Source of the DNA: Candidatus Thorarchaeota archaeon
Lineage (GTDB): Archaea > Asgardarchaeota > Thorarchaeia > Thorarchaeales > Thorarchaeaceae
Assembly (NCBI GenBank): GCA_019057475.1
Contig: DXJO01000010.1
Location: forward strand, 1 to 64,000
Direction of reading: 5' to 3'
Length of the DNA stretch: 64,000 nt
Below, one piece after another: positions 10,664 to 20,449 of this stretch (the stretch's first letter is position 1; every line of letters starts with the position of its first letter). The notes under the pieces were generated by a model that was not told the origin of the DNA, searched no databases, and saw nothing but the letters and a program-made list of their open reading frames with translations. Both the position numbers and the translations under genes were made by a program.

Positions 10664-10933
10664 CTATGCTTCGCGGGTCTGCTTGATGATGCCGCGTCTG
10701 ACTGCCTTGGAAGCCACCTTGCCTCCATATGGACGATTGGGTCTCTTTGACGAACGGCTTGCCTTCCTGCTCAGACCATGCTTTGCTTCTCTTGGAAGCA
10801 TCATCCTCTTGCCAGTTATTGCACAGGTTCCCGGTGTCCGGTAGAATTTTTGACGATGGATAACGAGTCGTCCACCCGGAGTCTTCACTGCGCGATTTGC
10901 TCTTCCCCTTGTGAGTTGGCTAGGTCGAGGCAT
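10664..10933 (-). CDS. rpl34e: 50S ribosomal protein eL34
   Basis: KTPGGRLVIH and KRPNRPYGG motifs. Confidence 0.92.
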   Translation of the reverse strand: MPRPSQLTRGRANRAVKTPGGRLVIHRQKFYRTPGTCAITGKRMMLPREAKHGLSRKASRSSKRPNRPYGGKVASKAVRRGIIKQTREA

Positions 10934-11052
10934 GGATTATCACCTATACTTTAGGGTCTTCTTCCCGCACGCTTGTTCTTTACTTTTAAGCGAACCGGTT
11001 GGTTGAAGTGTATCGTATGGCTGGTGATGCCCAGCTTCAGGCAGCTAGGTTG

Positions 11053-11598
11053 TCATGTCATGATCTGTGTGCCCATGATTCTCTGAAGGATTGAGGACAA
11101 TCCAAGACCTACCAGCATATAGAAGGCCATGTATGTCATCCCAAAGCCGCCTGGTACAGACATGCCGGCGATACCTGTGAGGAAGAAAGCATCGAACGGG
11201 AGTATTGCCACAATCAAGTAATCCCCCGAAAAGAAGCCACTCAGGGTGTAAAAAATGGCCATGAATGGAATCGCGAATATCAATCCTGGCTTGCATCGCG
11301 CACTCATCATATCCCGTTGGATTCTATCCATGTAGGCCTTTCTGCGTCGGACCTTGCGCAGGAGCTTATCGTTTCCGCTCTTCTGTGCCTCCTGTTGCAT
11401 CTTCTGGTACTGCTTGATCTCCAGCTGGTGCCTCTTGAGTCGACGCATATCGGTGAAGCGTTTCATTCCTAGGTTGCTTATCGAAGAAACTATGACTGAA
11501 ACCACAGCAATCAGAATGCCGGACCATGGCGGCGTCCGAAACATCGAGAAATTCGTGGCTAGCCACAGCACGAAATCTGCTAAGATATCCTGCATCAC
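11053..11598 (-). CDS. DUF106 / EMC3-TMCO1 (Oxa1 superfamily) membrane protein
   Basis: TM, coiled coil, then two TMs; conserved position between adk and L34e. Confidence 0.85.
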   Translation of the reverse strand: MMQDILADFVLWLATNFSMFRTPPWSGILIAVVSVIVSSISNLGMKRFTDMRRLKRHQLEIKQYQKMQQEAQKSGNDKLLRKVRRRKAYMDRIQRDMMSARCKPGLIFAIPFMAIFYTLSGFFSGDYLIVAILPFDAFFLTGIAGMSVPGGFGMTYMAFYMLVGLGLSSILQRIMGTQIMT

Positions 11599-11602
11599 AG
11601 TC

Positions 11603-12193
11603 CTACTCCATTAAGGCACTTGCCAGCGCCTCTGCCGCCTCTTCAACCTTCCCTTCGCGATTCTTGATAATTTTGACTGTTGCACCAGTGATTGTTCCCA
11701 CAGCCACTGCGGCCGCTCTGCACATTTCTTGGTGTGTTTTGACCTCGTCAACTATCTGGACATCGCGCGTGCGAGTTTCATCAGAGCTTCGGCGGCTCGC
11801 GATATTCTCAGGGTCTGCTTCGACCAGAACCACGGTCTTTGGTTGAATCGCTCGAACAACCCATTCGGGCAGCCCAATGAGGTATCCATTGTTGGTCTGG
11901 ATTAGCGTATGCGTGTCAACGATCACTCGGACAGATTTGGCTTTCTGGGCGATTGACTCACCTGCTTTTCTCTGGACCTCTCTTTGGGTCGCTGTCGGTA
12001 GCTTCCGCAGCTCATCACGGGTCTTGACAGTACCCTGTGCTGATGCGACCTCAAACATCTCGGTGCCAAAGTTGAGAAGAAGCACATCTTCACCATGTTT
12101 CTCCTTGACCAATTCTATGGCCGAGTTGATAACAGTTGTCTTCCCGACGCCTGGGATTCCCGTTACGATTACTGTGTTCCTCGATTCACTCAT
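11603..12193 (-). CDS. adkA: Adenylate kinase (archaeal type)
   Basis: TGIPGVGKTTV, VDTH, GLPEWV, RR..D.TRTRD. Confidence 0.95.
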   Translation of the reverse strand: MSESRNTVIVTGIPGVGKTTVINSAIELVKEKHGEDVLLLNFGTEMFEVASAQGTVKTRDELRKLPTATQREVQRKAGESIAQKAKSVRVIVDTHTLIQTNNGYLIGLPEWVVRAIQPKTVVLVEADPENIASRRSSDETRTRDVQIVDEVKTHQEMCRAAAVAVGTITGATVKIIKNREGKVEEAAEALASALME

Positions 12194-12749
12194 GTTGCGG
12201 AAACTCCTGGCTTCTCAGAGAACTGGTCGGTGCTCACGCTGTCGGTTTTATATTTGCTTCTATGCAGGGCTCTATTGCATAAGTCGAGTAATACTCAGAT
12301 GCAAGGAGTGGGAGGCATGTGACTGCCATTGATGAATCATGACCCTGTCGTACGACTAGGCCTATGATATGGCAGTCATCCACCATTATGACTTTGTGCC
12401 CGCCCTCCTTACGAGCATTTGTAACATCCTTCCTCTTCAAGAGAGCCGCACTGGCCGTCCTTCAACTTGCCCACTCTCCTTACTGTTTCACTTGTTCTCT
12501 TTGTCCAATTGCTAAGATGAACGGAACTAACTGTACCTGCCTAGAAGGCACTTAGTGGGTTCAGGTCAGTTCGTTCTCATCGTCCTTGCATGGTCTGGAA
12601 AACGCTACAGAACGACATCTAGATGCAATTCACGCTAGGCAGACGGTGATTAAAACTAAACTAGACTATACATGGCGATTTTTGCAATATAATATCAACC
12701 ATCATTAAAAGAGTGGGGCAATTCAATAATTTAGCACCGTATTCTTGAG

Positions 12750-14105
12750 ATGCTGAATATGTCACGTTCAAGTAACAAAACCCTTAGCATCATTGCCATA
12801 ACAGCCATTCTGATCTTCAGCCCACTAGTGAGTGCTCCAGAAACTGCCTACGAGTCCAACCGAGGTGCAGAACTGGATGCTGAGTATTCAACAGTTAGTC
12901 AGGTGCATGTCATAACGAGGCGTCAGGCAATCATTGACTACGTCATGGCACTCTATTGTGAGGAGGATGGTGCCTTCTACGGGTACCTCGGGGCCACACC
13001 TACAGACTCGAGAATCGGGTCGTACCGCTCCATTTCAGATGTGAGCGATCCATACTTCATTCTCAAGAGATTGAATGCAACAGGAGTCTTGGACTGGAAC
13101 AAGTGTAGAGAGTTCCTCAAGAGTCTTGTCAATGTCGATTCACAGTCGCCCTACTACGGTCTCGTCAACTATTCACAGGGGGGTAGTCGCCCCGGTGTGT
13201 TCACATCTGAAACGGCAATTTCCATCTTCCTGGAGCTTAGTCTTGATGACTGGCTCTATACTGACCAGATAGCACAATACATCGCTGATAGGCAAGTGGT
13301 TGGTGGAGGTTTCACATTGTACCATAGTGATGACTTCATTTCACCAGACATGATCACCACGTGGTATGCGCTTAGAGCTTTAAGCGCACTGGGCCGACTC
13401 GACCTTGTTGACACGGATGCAGCACTTGACTTTGTCATGTCATGCTACAGTGACAATGGCGGTTTCTCGGATGAGCCAGCTTTTGAAGCCATTCCGAGCG
13501 TTGTGCCTCTTGGTCTCTTCACTCTACAGATCCTAGGACGAACGGACCTCATAAGGACCGAAAACACGACTGCATATCTTCTTCAGTACTGGGACAATAG
13601 CACTGGACATGTGCCTGAGGGTTCACTGTGGGATACAGAACGATTGGTCTGGTCGCTGTGCACACTCGGAACACTGGACAGGATTGACATAAACAAGACT
13701 CTCTCCTGGGTGCTAAAGGCGCAGGCCATTCGAAACGGTGCCTTTCTTCCCATTCCATATCATGGTATCCAAAGTGAGCGCCTACAGTGTGCCGAATCGG
13801 CCACGCACATACTAGAGCTGACTGACCAAATGGACCTTCTCGATGAGAACATCACTGTTATCGAGTATCCTGAGTACACTGTTCCCCAGTGGTACGTAGA
13901 CTATATCAATGAGCATTTCGGAACCACGACCTCGATAGATGTGGTCGGGATTCTGGTTGGCATTGCCCCAGTCCTGGCAATTGCTTTCCTGGTTGCACTT
14001 CTTGGAGTATACGTTGTCTGGTCCAAAAGAATGAGGAGCGAGAGTAGCGGCAGCTCCGTAAGCGTTGAAAGAAACGAAGGTCGTAATGGTCCATTTCTAT
14101 TCTAG
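12750..14105 (+). CDS. Secreted/membrane-anchored prenyltransferase/squalene-oxidase-repeat (alpha-alpha barrel) protein
   Basis: Signal peptide; repeats YIADRQVVGGGF, FVMSCYSDNGGFS, WVLKAQAIRNGAF, TWYALRALSALG; C-terminal TM. Confidence 0.75.
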   Translation: MLNMSRSSNKTLSIIAITAILIFSPLVSAPETAYESNRGAELDAEYSTVSQVHVITRRQAIIDYVMALYCEEDGAFYGYLGATPTDSRIGSYRSISDVSDPYFILKRLNATGVLDWNKCREFLKSLVNVDSQSPYYGLVNYSQGGSRPGVFTSETAISIFLELSLDDWLYTDQIAQYIADRQVVGGGFTLYHSDDFISPDMITTWYALRALSALGRLDLVDTDAALDFVMSCYSDNGGFSDEPAFEAIPSVVPLGLFTLQILGRTDLIRTENTTAYLLQYWDNSTGHVPEGSLWDTERLVWSLCTLGTLDRIDINKTLSWVLKAQAIRNGAFLPIPYHGIQSERLQCAESATHILELTDQMDLLDENITVIEYPEYTVPQWYVDYINEHFGTTTSIDVVGILVGIAPVLAIAFLVALLGVYVVWSKRMRSESSGSSVSVERNEGRNGPFLF

Positions 14106-14203
14106 AGGTACGTAAGCACTCCCTCCGCCACCACCACAGGATCTGCCACGTAAACCTCCACCACCTGAAATGACATCAATAGACGCTGAGTCGTGTCACA
14201 GAC

Positions 14204-15304
14204 TTACTTGTCACTTCGGATGCCATCAAGACGGTCAACTAGAGTAATGCCAGCTTCGTCTCGTGCCAGCTCAAAGAATATTCTGGAGATGTAAGCAGCT
14301 CTTCGTGCTTCCTCTTTCCTTCCCACAGCACCGAGGCGTCTCGCTTGTTCCAGTCTAGCAGCTCCCATCGCTTTGTAGACCGCGCAGGGGTACTTGAACG
14401 TGCTGGCCTCCGGTGCTGACACCGGCTTCAGCTGCGGTGTCGCCGCGGTCGCACGTCCCTTGGGGGGCGTTTCAGGGGCCAATTCCCAGACCAGCGGCAC
14501 TTTGGCTGCGGGTGGACTATCAGTTTGATGTTCCAGCATGAGTTCAGAAGGTGCCGTTTCATATCTTGACGAGCTGAAACTAGAAAATTGTCCGATTTGG
14601 TCTCCGGTTGATAATACCGTGTCTTCTGTTAGTGCAGGATTGGAAGGCGAATCTGTTCTGTTCGGTGTAACGTAAGTAGACAATGCTCCCAACATCTTCC
14701 TCTCAGCGGCTTCTCTCGCTGGAGTCAGGGTTTCTCCGGTCATAGCCTTCCGAGATACGAGTTCTCTGGTTCTCATTGCATCCATGTCAGGGGTCTCGCG
14801 ACTTGGCGTCCTTTTCCTTTCTCGAGCCTTTCTCATGAGTTCCGGTATCTCGCTGGCTCGCACCATGCGGGTCTCGACGATGCCTGCCATTTCCTTCCTG
14901 ATGCCCACGGCATCAGCTCTCGCAAATGCCCTGCGTGCCTTCTCAAGTTCTGATGCAACCCTTGTGTACTTCGTCACTATAATGCGATCACGTACTATCT
15001 GACTAGGGCGAACACACTCATCTTGACTCTCAATAGCACCGGAGTCTTCTGTCTTGAAACCTGAATGGAGTGCTTCAATGACAGAATAGTACCTCTCAGC
15101 AGCGACATTCAATTTCTTTGGAGCCAACATTAAGCGCTTTTTCTTTCTCTTGATTGCGTGGACAAGAAGCGAAGAACCGCATCCGATACAGAATTTGCGC
15201 GTCGGCAGGTTCGTCTTCTTGCATTTGGCGCACACTTGCAATAGAATCACCTTCGCGTACCGTTTCAGAACACCATAGAATCGTTTCCTGATATGTGTTC
15301 GCAA
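14204..15304 (-). CDS. Hypothetical protein with N-terminal zinc ribbon (true start probably downstream of 15304)
   Basis: CAKCKKTNLPTRKFCIGCGSSL followed by a low-complexity body. Confidence 0.6.
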   Translation of the reverse strand: MRTHIRKRFYGVLKRYAKVILLQVCAKCKKTNLPTRKFCIGCGSSLLVHAIKRKKKRLMLAPKKLNVAAERYYSVIEALHSGFKTEDSGAIESQDECVRPSQIVRDRIIVTKYTRVASELEKARRAFARADAVGIRKEMAGIVETRMVRASEIPELMRKARERKRTPSRETPDMDAMRTRELVSRKAMTGETLTPAREAAERKMLGALSTYVTPNRTDSPSNPALTEDTVLSTGDQIGQFSSFSSSRYETAPSELMLEHQTDSPPAAKVPLVWELAPETPPKGRATAATPQLKPVSAPEASTFKYPCAVYKAMGAARLEQARRLGAVGRKEEARRAAYISRIFFELARDEAGITLVDRLDGIRSDK

Positions 15305-15395
15305 TGGCAGCTAAGTGCCTATACCTAGTATACATTGTCTAATGTACAACACTCGGGGGGAAACGGGCCAGAAGGCGGCTCATCCTCACTCCAAT

Positions 15396-16907
15396 CTATA
15401 GAATTCCGAGTAGTCCTGCGACTCCTTCTCCGCCCATTCCTGCGAGCTGTTCCTTAGCTAGGGTTTCATAGTACTGTTTTATGATAGACACCATCAGCAA
15501 AATACCCGTCCCGCTCGCTAATGCGCCGAGGATGTCCGCAGTTGCAGCGAGTACCCCTATGAGGAACCCACCCAGACCTGCGACTACTGGGATATAGCGT
15601 TCGAGGAGACGCTCAAGAACCCTTTCGCTCCTCCTGAAGCCTGGGACTATGTAGCCTGACCCCAGGAGCTGCCTTGACACATCTCGCGGGGCAATTCCAC
15701 TGATATCCACCCAGATTTTCGAGAAGCCCCAACATAATAGAATCATAGCACCTGCATAGAACGCCACATGGAGCAATCCAAGATCCTCTTGCATGATCCC
15801 AAAAATCCCCTGTGGTGGAGTGATGTAGTAGGCGAGTCCCCCAGTCGCTATCATGCGGCTGGATCCCGGATCCTGTTTGAATGTACCAATGAGGTTAAGG
15901 AGCGGGTTCAATCCGTTTTGATTCCAGTTCGAGTAGATTATCTGGCCGAAAAACAGAACATTCGCGTATAACGCCTGCGCCAGAATTACAGGAATGTTTG
16001 ATGTATACAGCAGCTTGATTGGATACCGCGCCTTCATTCCTCTGTACTTGGCATATTGAAGCGGTATCTCGACTCGCACAGACTCTAACCAAATCACTGC
16101 TCCGAAGATTAGGAATGTGACGCCAAGTGTGAAGAGGCTCGGATTGAAGCCATTGCGGAACACAAGCCAGCTCGCATCGACTGCTGGAAATGTATCGCCA
16201 CCAACGCCTGCTACTCTCATAATATTCTGGATAACAGCAGCAATAATGCCCTTTGGCAAGTTGGAGTATTCCTGAGCATAACCTACCGGAGCATCCCCAA
16301 TTACAGTTTCGAACTCGGTAACGTTGAACATGTTGAATATGACTTGTCCAGCAACGTTCGTCATGATGAATAGTGAAACGCCTGAACCGAGTCCCCATCC
16401 CTTCTGAATCAACTCGTCCATCAGAATGACTATGACACCGGAAGCAAAGAGTTGAACGAACACTAACACCATTTCATTTGCTGTCAACACGCCATAGGCA
16501 TTACCCATGATGTATGCCATCGCTTGGAATGCTGTCATGAATAGTGCGAGAACTTTCTGTCCACCAGTGAACAGTGCTCTGTCCTCTGGGTCCCCGAAAT
16601 CAACATCGATAATCTTTGATCCCGAGAGAAGCTGCATCACCAGGCCTGCAGTTACAATAGGACCTATCCCTAGTTCCATCAGCGTTCCCCTAGTGCTTGC
16701 GAGGATGACTCGCATTGCCCACAGATAGTCAGTACCTTCCGTTGGGTTCACACCGTAGAGGGGCATATGTGACATTATTAGGAATATCAAAAGTATGACA
16801 ATCGTCCAGACAGCTTTCTCTTTGAAAGAGACTTCACGGTCTGGTGCCTTTACTTCAGGCATTACTCTTACAAATGGTGATAGGGCTTTTAGAAAGGTGC
16901 TAGGCAA
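15396..16907 (-). CDS. secY: Protein translocase SecY/Sec61alpha
   Basis: GTLMELGIGPIVTAG, KGWGLGSGVSLFI, YPIKLLYTSNIPVIL, SGTGILL. Confidence 0.98.
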   Translation of the reverse strand: MPSTFLKALSPFVRVMPEVKAPDREVSFKEKAVWTIVILLIFLIMSHMPLYGVNPTEGTDYLWAMRVILASTRGTLMELGIGPIVTAGLVMQLLSGSKIIDVDFGDPEDRALFTGGQKVLALFMTAFQAMAYIMGNAYGVLTANEMVLVFVQLFASGVIVILMDELIQKGWGLGSGVSLFIMTNVAGQVIFNMFNVTEFETVIGDAPVGYAQEYSNLPKGIIAAVIQNIMRVAGVGGDTFPAVDASWLVFRNGFNPSLFTLGVTFLIFGAVIWLESVRVEIPLQYAKYRGMKARYPIKLLYTSNIPVILAQALYANVLFFGQIIYSNWNQNGLNPLLNLIGTFKQDPGSSRMIATGGLAYYITPPQGIFGIMQEDLGLLHVAFYAGAMILLCWGFSKIWVDISGIAPRDVSRQLLGSGYIVPGFRRSERVLERLLERYIPVVAGLGGFLIGVLAATADILGALASGTGILLMVSIIKQYYETLAKEQLAGMGGEGVAGLLGIL

Positions 16908-17046
16908 CCTTACTTCTCCTGCAGGTTTCCTCGGCCAACAAATGGGCTGGACCTTTAAACATAGTGGTTTCCAAGGTCGTGTACAACAGCATCAAATCAG
17001 TAATGACCGTGCGCGATTTATGACCCAATCGCAACCGTGGGCTGTT

Positions 17047-17502
17047 TCACTTATCGACTGGCAGGTCAATGGTCCCGCCTTTGCCGGTTATTTTTTCTCG
17101 GGCTCTTGCGCTGATGGACTTGACGCCAGTCAGGTTTAGTTTACGCGTGATTTTTCCCGACCCCAGAATCTTGTCAATGCCAAGACGCGACACATCAATG
17201 GTGTATCTCCGCCCTGTCTTGGTGGCATGTCCCGATGCGACGAGCCTGTCAGCAGCCTCATCTAGGTCGCCAACATTTAGAACGGTTTCGCCCACAATCA
17301 TTTTGAGAGGTCTCTTGAATCCATGCTTCCCGAAGTAGTTGGGGTTCTCCGCCATGACTCTTTGATAGTGGTGCTTCTTAGACCCAGCCATGCCCTTGCC
17401 ACCCCGCTGTCCTGATGCACGATGACCCGCGCTGAAACCGTAACCAGCGGCCCTGCGGCCTCTCATCTTGTGGATCTTTTTCGATTTTCGCTTCTCCATC
17501 AC
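17047..17502 (-). CDS. rpl15: 50S ribosomal protein uL15
   Basis: HRASGQRGGKGMAG, YFGKHGF, KILGSG. Confidence 0.96.
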   Translation of the reverse strand: MMEKRKSKKIHKMRGRRAAGYGFSAGHRASGQRGGKGMAGSKKHHYQRVMAENPNYFGKHGFKRPLKMIVGETVLNVGDLDEAADRLVASGHATKTGRRYTIDVSRLGIDKILGSGKITRKLNLTGVKSISARAREKITGKGGTIDLPVDK

Positions 17503-17516
17503 TAGTTCCTCCGTTG

Positions 17517-18068
17517 CTATGCTTTCTTGAATCGCACCTCTAGGACTCCGTTTCGAATTGCCGACTTGGCCTGTTCTTTCTTCACCTTGCCAGGGAGTTC
17601 AATCTCCTTGTGGTATGGGCGAGATGGGTTTTCAACATGGATTGTAAGGGTAGTTCCCTTGATTCGGACCTTGATCTCATCTCTCTCTACGCCGGGCAGT
17701 TCTGCTACAACTATGATTTCATCATCCTCTTCGATGACGTCAACCAATGGCTCTAGCTGATGAGCCGTCTTGGCGCCTTCTACATCTGGACCGGTGTTAC
17801 CAAACCGCTGGATGAATGGCTTTCCATCTGGCCCGACACGCATCGAGAAGCCAAACACAAAGGGGTTCGTGCCCTCCGGGTTGCGCATGAACTTCTCCAT
17901 GGACTCTGGGTCAAGCATTCCTCCCTCGCTCAGATCTCGCATCATGCGGTCCATCATCTCATCGATTTGCTGGAATACTGACTCGGGGAGAAAATCGCCC
18001 AACCATTCGCGAATAGCTTTGCGTTGGTCATCATCAAATGGATCGTCGCCCCAAGACACCAAATTCAC
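17517..18068 (-). CDS. hsp20: Small heat shock protein Hsp20 (archaeal type)
   Basis: PFVFGFSMRVGPDGKP..FGN, EPLVDVIE..VVAELPGV, NGVLEV alpha-crystallin domain. Confidence 0.93.
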   Translation of the reverse strand: MNLVSWGDDPFDDDQRKAIREWLGDFLPESVFQQIDEMMDRMMRDLSEGGMLDPESMEKFMRNPEGTNPFVFGFSMRVGPDGKPFIQRFGNTGPDVEGAKTAHQLEPLVDVIEEDDEIIVVAELPGVERDEIKVRIKGTTLTIHVENPSRPYHKEIELPGKVKKEQAKSAIRNGVLEVRFKKA

Positions 18069-18069
18069 C

Positions 18070-18552
18070 TCAAATCATTCTCTGTGCAAGCTCGTTTATC
18101 CCAGCACCTCGATAGCCATTTACGCCGCCCATTCCAACGCCGAGGTTGCGCTTGCCACGAAAGCCCTTCTTCGGTGGGGTCAACCTAAAGACAGGTTTGA
18201 GTCCCTCAACGTCGTTCACGCTGGCTGTTCCTGCAACCAATCCCTTGGCGAGGGCCTTAATCGATGAATGGCTTGAATTCTTCTTCACATAGACATCAGT
18301 AAGGCGCCTGTTTCCTGAGAGGCGGCCACGCTTAGCTAGAATCCTGTACGCAGTGTCAGCGTCGATCTCACCCCATGTGATGTAATCCTTCGCCTTGGTA
18401 ATCATTCCCTGAAGACTAGGTGTAAGCTTGATGACCCTTGCCTGGTGAAGTCTGCCAAGACGCAACTTTTTCAATGTGTCTTCAATCTGAGGCCTAACAC
18501 TCACTTGTCCTCTGAGACGTATCGCCAGTATAACGGTTCCATTTTCACTCAT
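18070..18552 (-). CDS. rpl30: 50S ribosomal protein uL30
   Basis: AIRLRG, DYITWGE, FRLTPPKKGF, GYRGAGINEL. Confidence 0.96.
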   Translation of the reverse strand: MSENGTVILAIRLRGQVSVRPQIEDTLKKLRLGRLHQARVIKLTPSLQGMITKAKDYITWGEIDADTAYRILAKRGRLSGNRRLTDVYVKKNSSHSSIKALAKGLVAGTASVNDVEGLKPVFRLTPPKKGFRGKRNLGVGMGGVNGYRGAGINELAQRMI

Positions 18553-19235
18553 GACTCAGCCACTCCTGCTGTTGCCCATTCCTGAGGTGGCAGCATCTTG
18601 TATGTTTTTGAAAGCGCATCAACAAACGCTTTGGCGAAGTTCGAGGATGTCCTAGAACGGCCCTTTGTCATCGACCATACATCCTTCAGTCCTGCAATTC
18701 GAAGAACTATCTTGCCGACATCAGCCGTGACTAAACCAGTTCCTTTTGGAGCCGGCTTGAGTGTCACATGAACTGAGCCCGACGTTCCTTTCACTGCAAA
18801 CGGGACGCTGTGAGGATCGTGACATCGGCATTCCCAAGAACCACAGCCCCTGCGCAAGGGTGTGATGTTCATCTTAGCCCTAGCTTCAGCTGCTCTAATC
18901 GATGGGACAAACTCTGGAGCCTTCCCTATACCGATCCCGATGTTGCCCTGGCCATCACCGACGACGACAGTAATGCGGAAGCTCTTCTGTTGGCCGCTGT
19001 CTGATTGGCGTTGAACTAGGTTCACGTCTACAATCTCCTGCTGGAGTTCTGGAAACAGCATATCTACGATCTCGGATTCTCTTATGAGAAGGTTCTGCTG
19101 TAGAACCTCCTGCAGACTGTTGATGTGACCTTCCTTAACCAGCTCCCCCAGCCGCGTCTTAGGAACCCAGTCCTTAAGCGGGTCTACGTCCTGTCGGGGT
19201 TGTCGACGCCTTCCTTTGTTTCTTCTACTCATCAT
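18549..19235 (-). CDS. rps5: 30S ribosomal protein uS5
   Basis: WVPKTRLGELVK, RGCGSWEC, LKPAPKGTGL; start reassigned to MMSRRNK, after the L18 stop. Confidence 0.97.
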   Translation of the reverse strand: MMSRRNKGRRRQPRQDVDPLKDWVPKTRLGELVKEGHINSLQEVLQQNLLIRESEIVDMLFPELQQEIVDVNLVQRQSDSGQQKSFRITVVVGDGQGNIGIGIGKAPEFVPSIRAAEARAKMNITPLRRGCGSWECRCHDPHSVPFAVKGTSGSVHVTLKPAPKGTGLVTADVGKIVLRIAGLKDVWSMTKGRSRTSSNFAKAFVDALSKTYKMLPPQEWATAGVAES

Positions 19236-19245
19236 GTACCATCCC

Positions 19246-19995
19246 CTATTTTTTCTTACCTCTACGCGCAAGGAGTTTCTTGGGTTTCGGTTTTCTGGGC
19301 ACTGCACGAGGTGCTTTCTCTGCGGGTTTCTCTGCAGCCTTTTTAACGGGCTTCTTGGCGGCAGCCTTCTTTGCAGGTGTCGCCTTTCTCTTCTTTTTCT
19401 TCTTGAGCTCTGCCTTCGGTATCTCCAAGAGAGCTTTCTTCACCTTCTTGAACTGTCTTGGAATGCTTGTAACGGTTGTCTTCTTCTTTCCCACCTTTGA
19501 AAACATCAGTGAGTCGCCTGCGTTTTCAGCAAAGTGATTGTACGCCGCCACGATATGTTCGCCAGAAAGTCTGGCTTCATCTGGCAGAACATCTGGATTG
19601 TGTGAGATGTTAAGGCCTGCATCTAGCGCTCCAGCAAGTGCTGCGTAGATTTTCGAGCCCTTCACTGGAGGATTAAGTCCAATGTCAAGTACTGCTTTCT
19701 CTATGCCTCTACTCTTAGCTCTTAGACCAGCTAGCAGGCCGGTAAGATAGGCGGCAGGCATGTTTCCACCACTAACAGTCCAACCATGATCGGAAATCTC
19801 TGGTGAAACTGCGGATGCCACAGTCATGTCACCAGCCACTCTTGCATTTACAACTTGGACTACCATTCCTGTATTGGTCTTCCTGACCACAAGGCGCGGG
19901 AGTCTGGAGAGCAGTAGCCGACGGCGACGATAGTAGTTCGTCTTGCCCTCTCGTCTGCGTCTAAACTTGACTTTGTATGTCGGTCCATGAGCCAT
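19246..19995 (-). CDS. rpl18: 50S ribosomal protein uL18 with Lys/Ala-rich C-terminal extension
   Basis: FRRRREGKTNY, AAYLTGLL, LDIGL, GALDAGL. Confidence 0.96.
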   Translation of the reverse strand: MAHGPTYKVKFRRRREGKTNYYRRRRLLLSRLPRLVVRKTNTGMVVQVVNARVAGDMTVASAVSPEISDHGWTVSGGNMPAAYLTGLLAGLRAKSRGIEKAVLDIGLNPPVKGSKIYAALAGALDAGLNISHNPDVLPDEARLSGEHIVAAYNHFAENAGDSLMFSKVGKKKTTVTSIPRQFKKVKKALLEIPKAELKKKKKRKATPAKKAAAKKPVKKAAEKPAEKAPRAVPRKPKPKKLLARRGKKK

Positions 19996-20447
19996 TATTT
20001 CACTTTCCCTAACTTGTGCTCTTTGATGTAAGTTCTCATGTGCGCAGTGTTCCTGAACGCGTTGCCTTTTGCCTTCAAGTATAGCTCGCGATATACCCCC
20101 CGCGTGATCTTGCTCTCGCTTCTGAGTCGCTTCAGCTCACGACGCATTGGGCGTATCTTCATCATCCATCGCTCCTTGCCTGAAAGTCGGGCAGTGGCTT
20201 TACCTTTCATCTTGCCAGGTCCTTTTCTCTGACCTTTCCGCTTCTGACGCATATTGTGACGCGCCCGACCTCTGCTCACACCTTTCTTGGGTCGTTTCTG
20301 GATTACGCCCTCGTCAACAAGACGGCGGATATCTTCTTTAGTGATTGCGAGACTGGTTTCATCTTCGAATTCGGGATCTATCCAAACACGCGACTTCCCT
20401 ACTTTCATCACTTGGGCAGCGAGTCGTTTTTGGGATGTAAGCCTCAT
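19995..20447 (-). CDS. rpl19e: 50S ribosomal protein eL19
   Basis: QKRLAAQVMKVGKSRVWIDP, YRELYLKAKGN. Confidence 0.97.
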   Translation of the reverse strand: MRLTSQKRLAAQVMKVGKSRVWIDPEFEDETSLAITKEDIRRLVDEGVIQKRPKKGVSRGRARHNMRQKRKGQRKGPGKMKGKATARLSGKERWMMKIRPMRRELKRLRSESKITRGVYRELYLKAKGNAFRNTAHMRTYIKEHKLGKVK

Positions 20448-20449
20448 CT

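Noticed and set aside
12320-12378. Hairpin as a SECIS element
   Set aside because: The ATGA/GA positions do not frame a proper helix II with an apical AA, and there is no adjacent UGA-containing gene.
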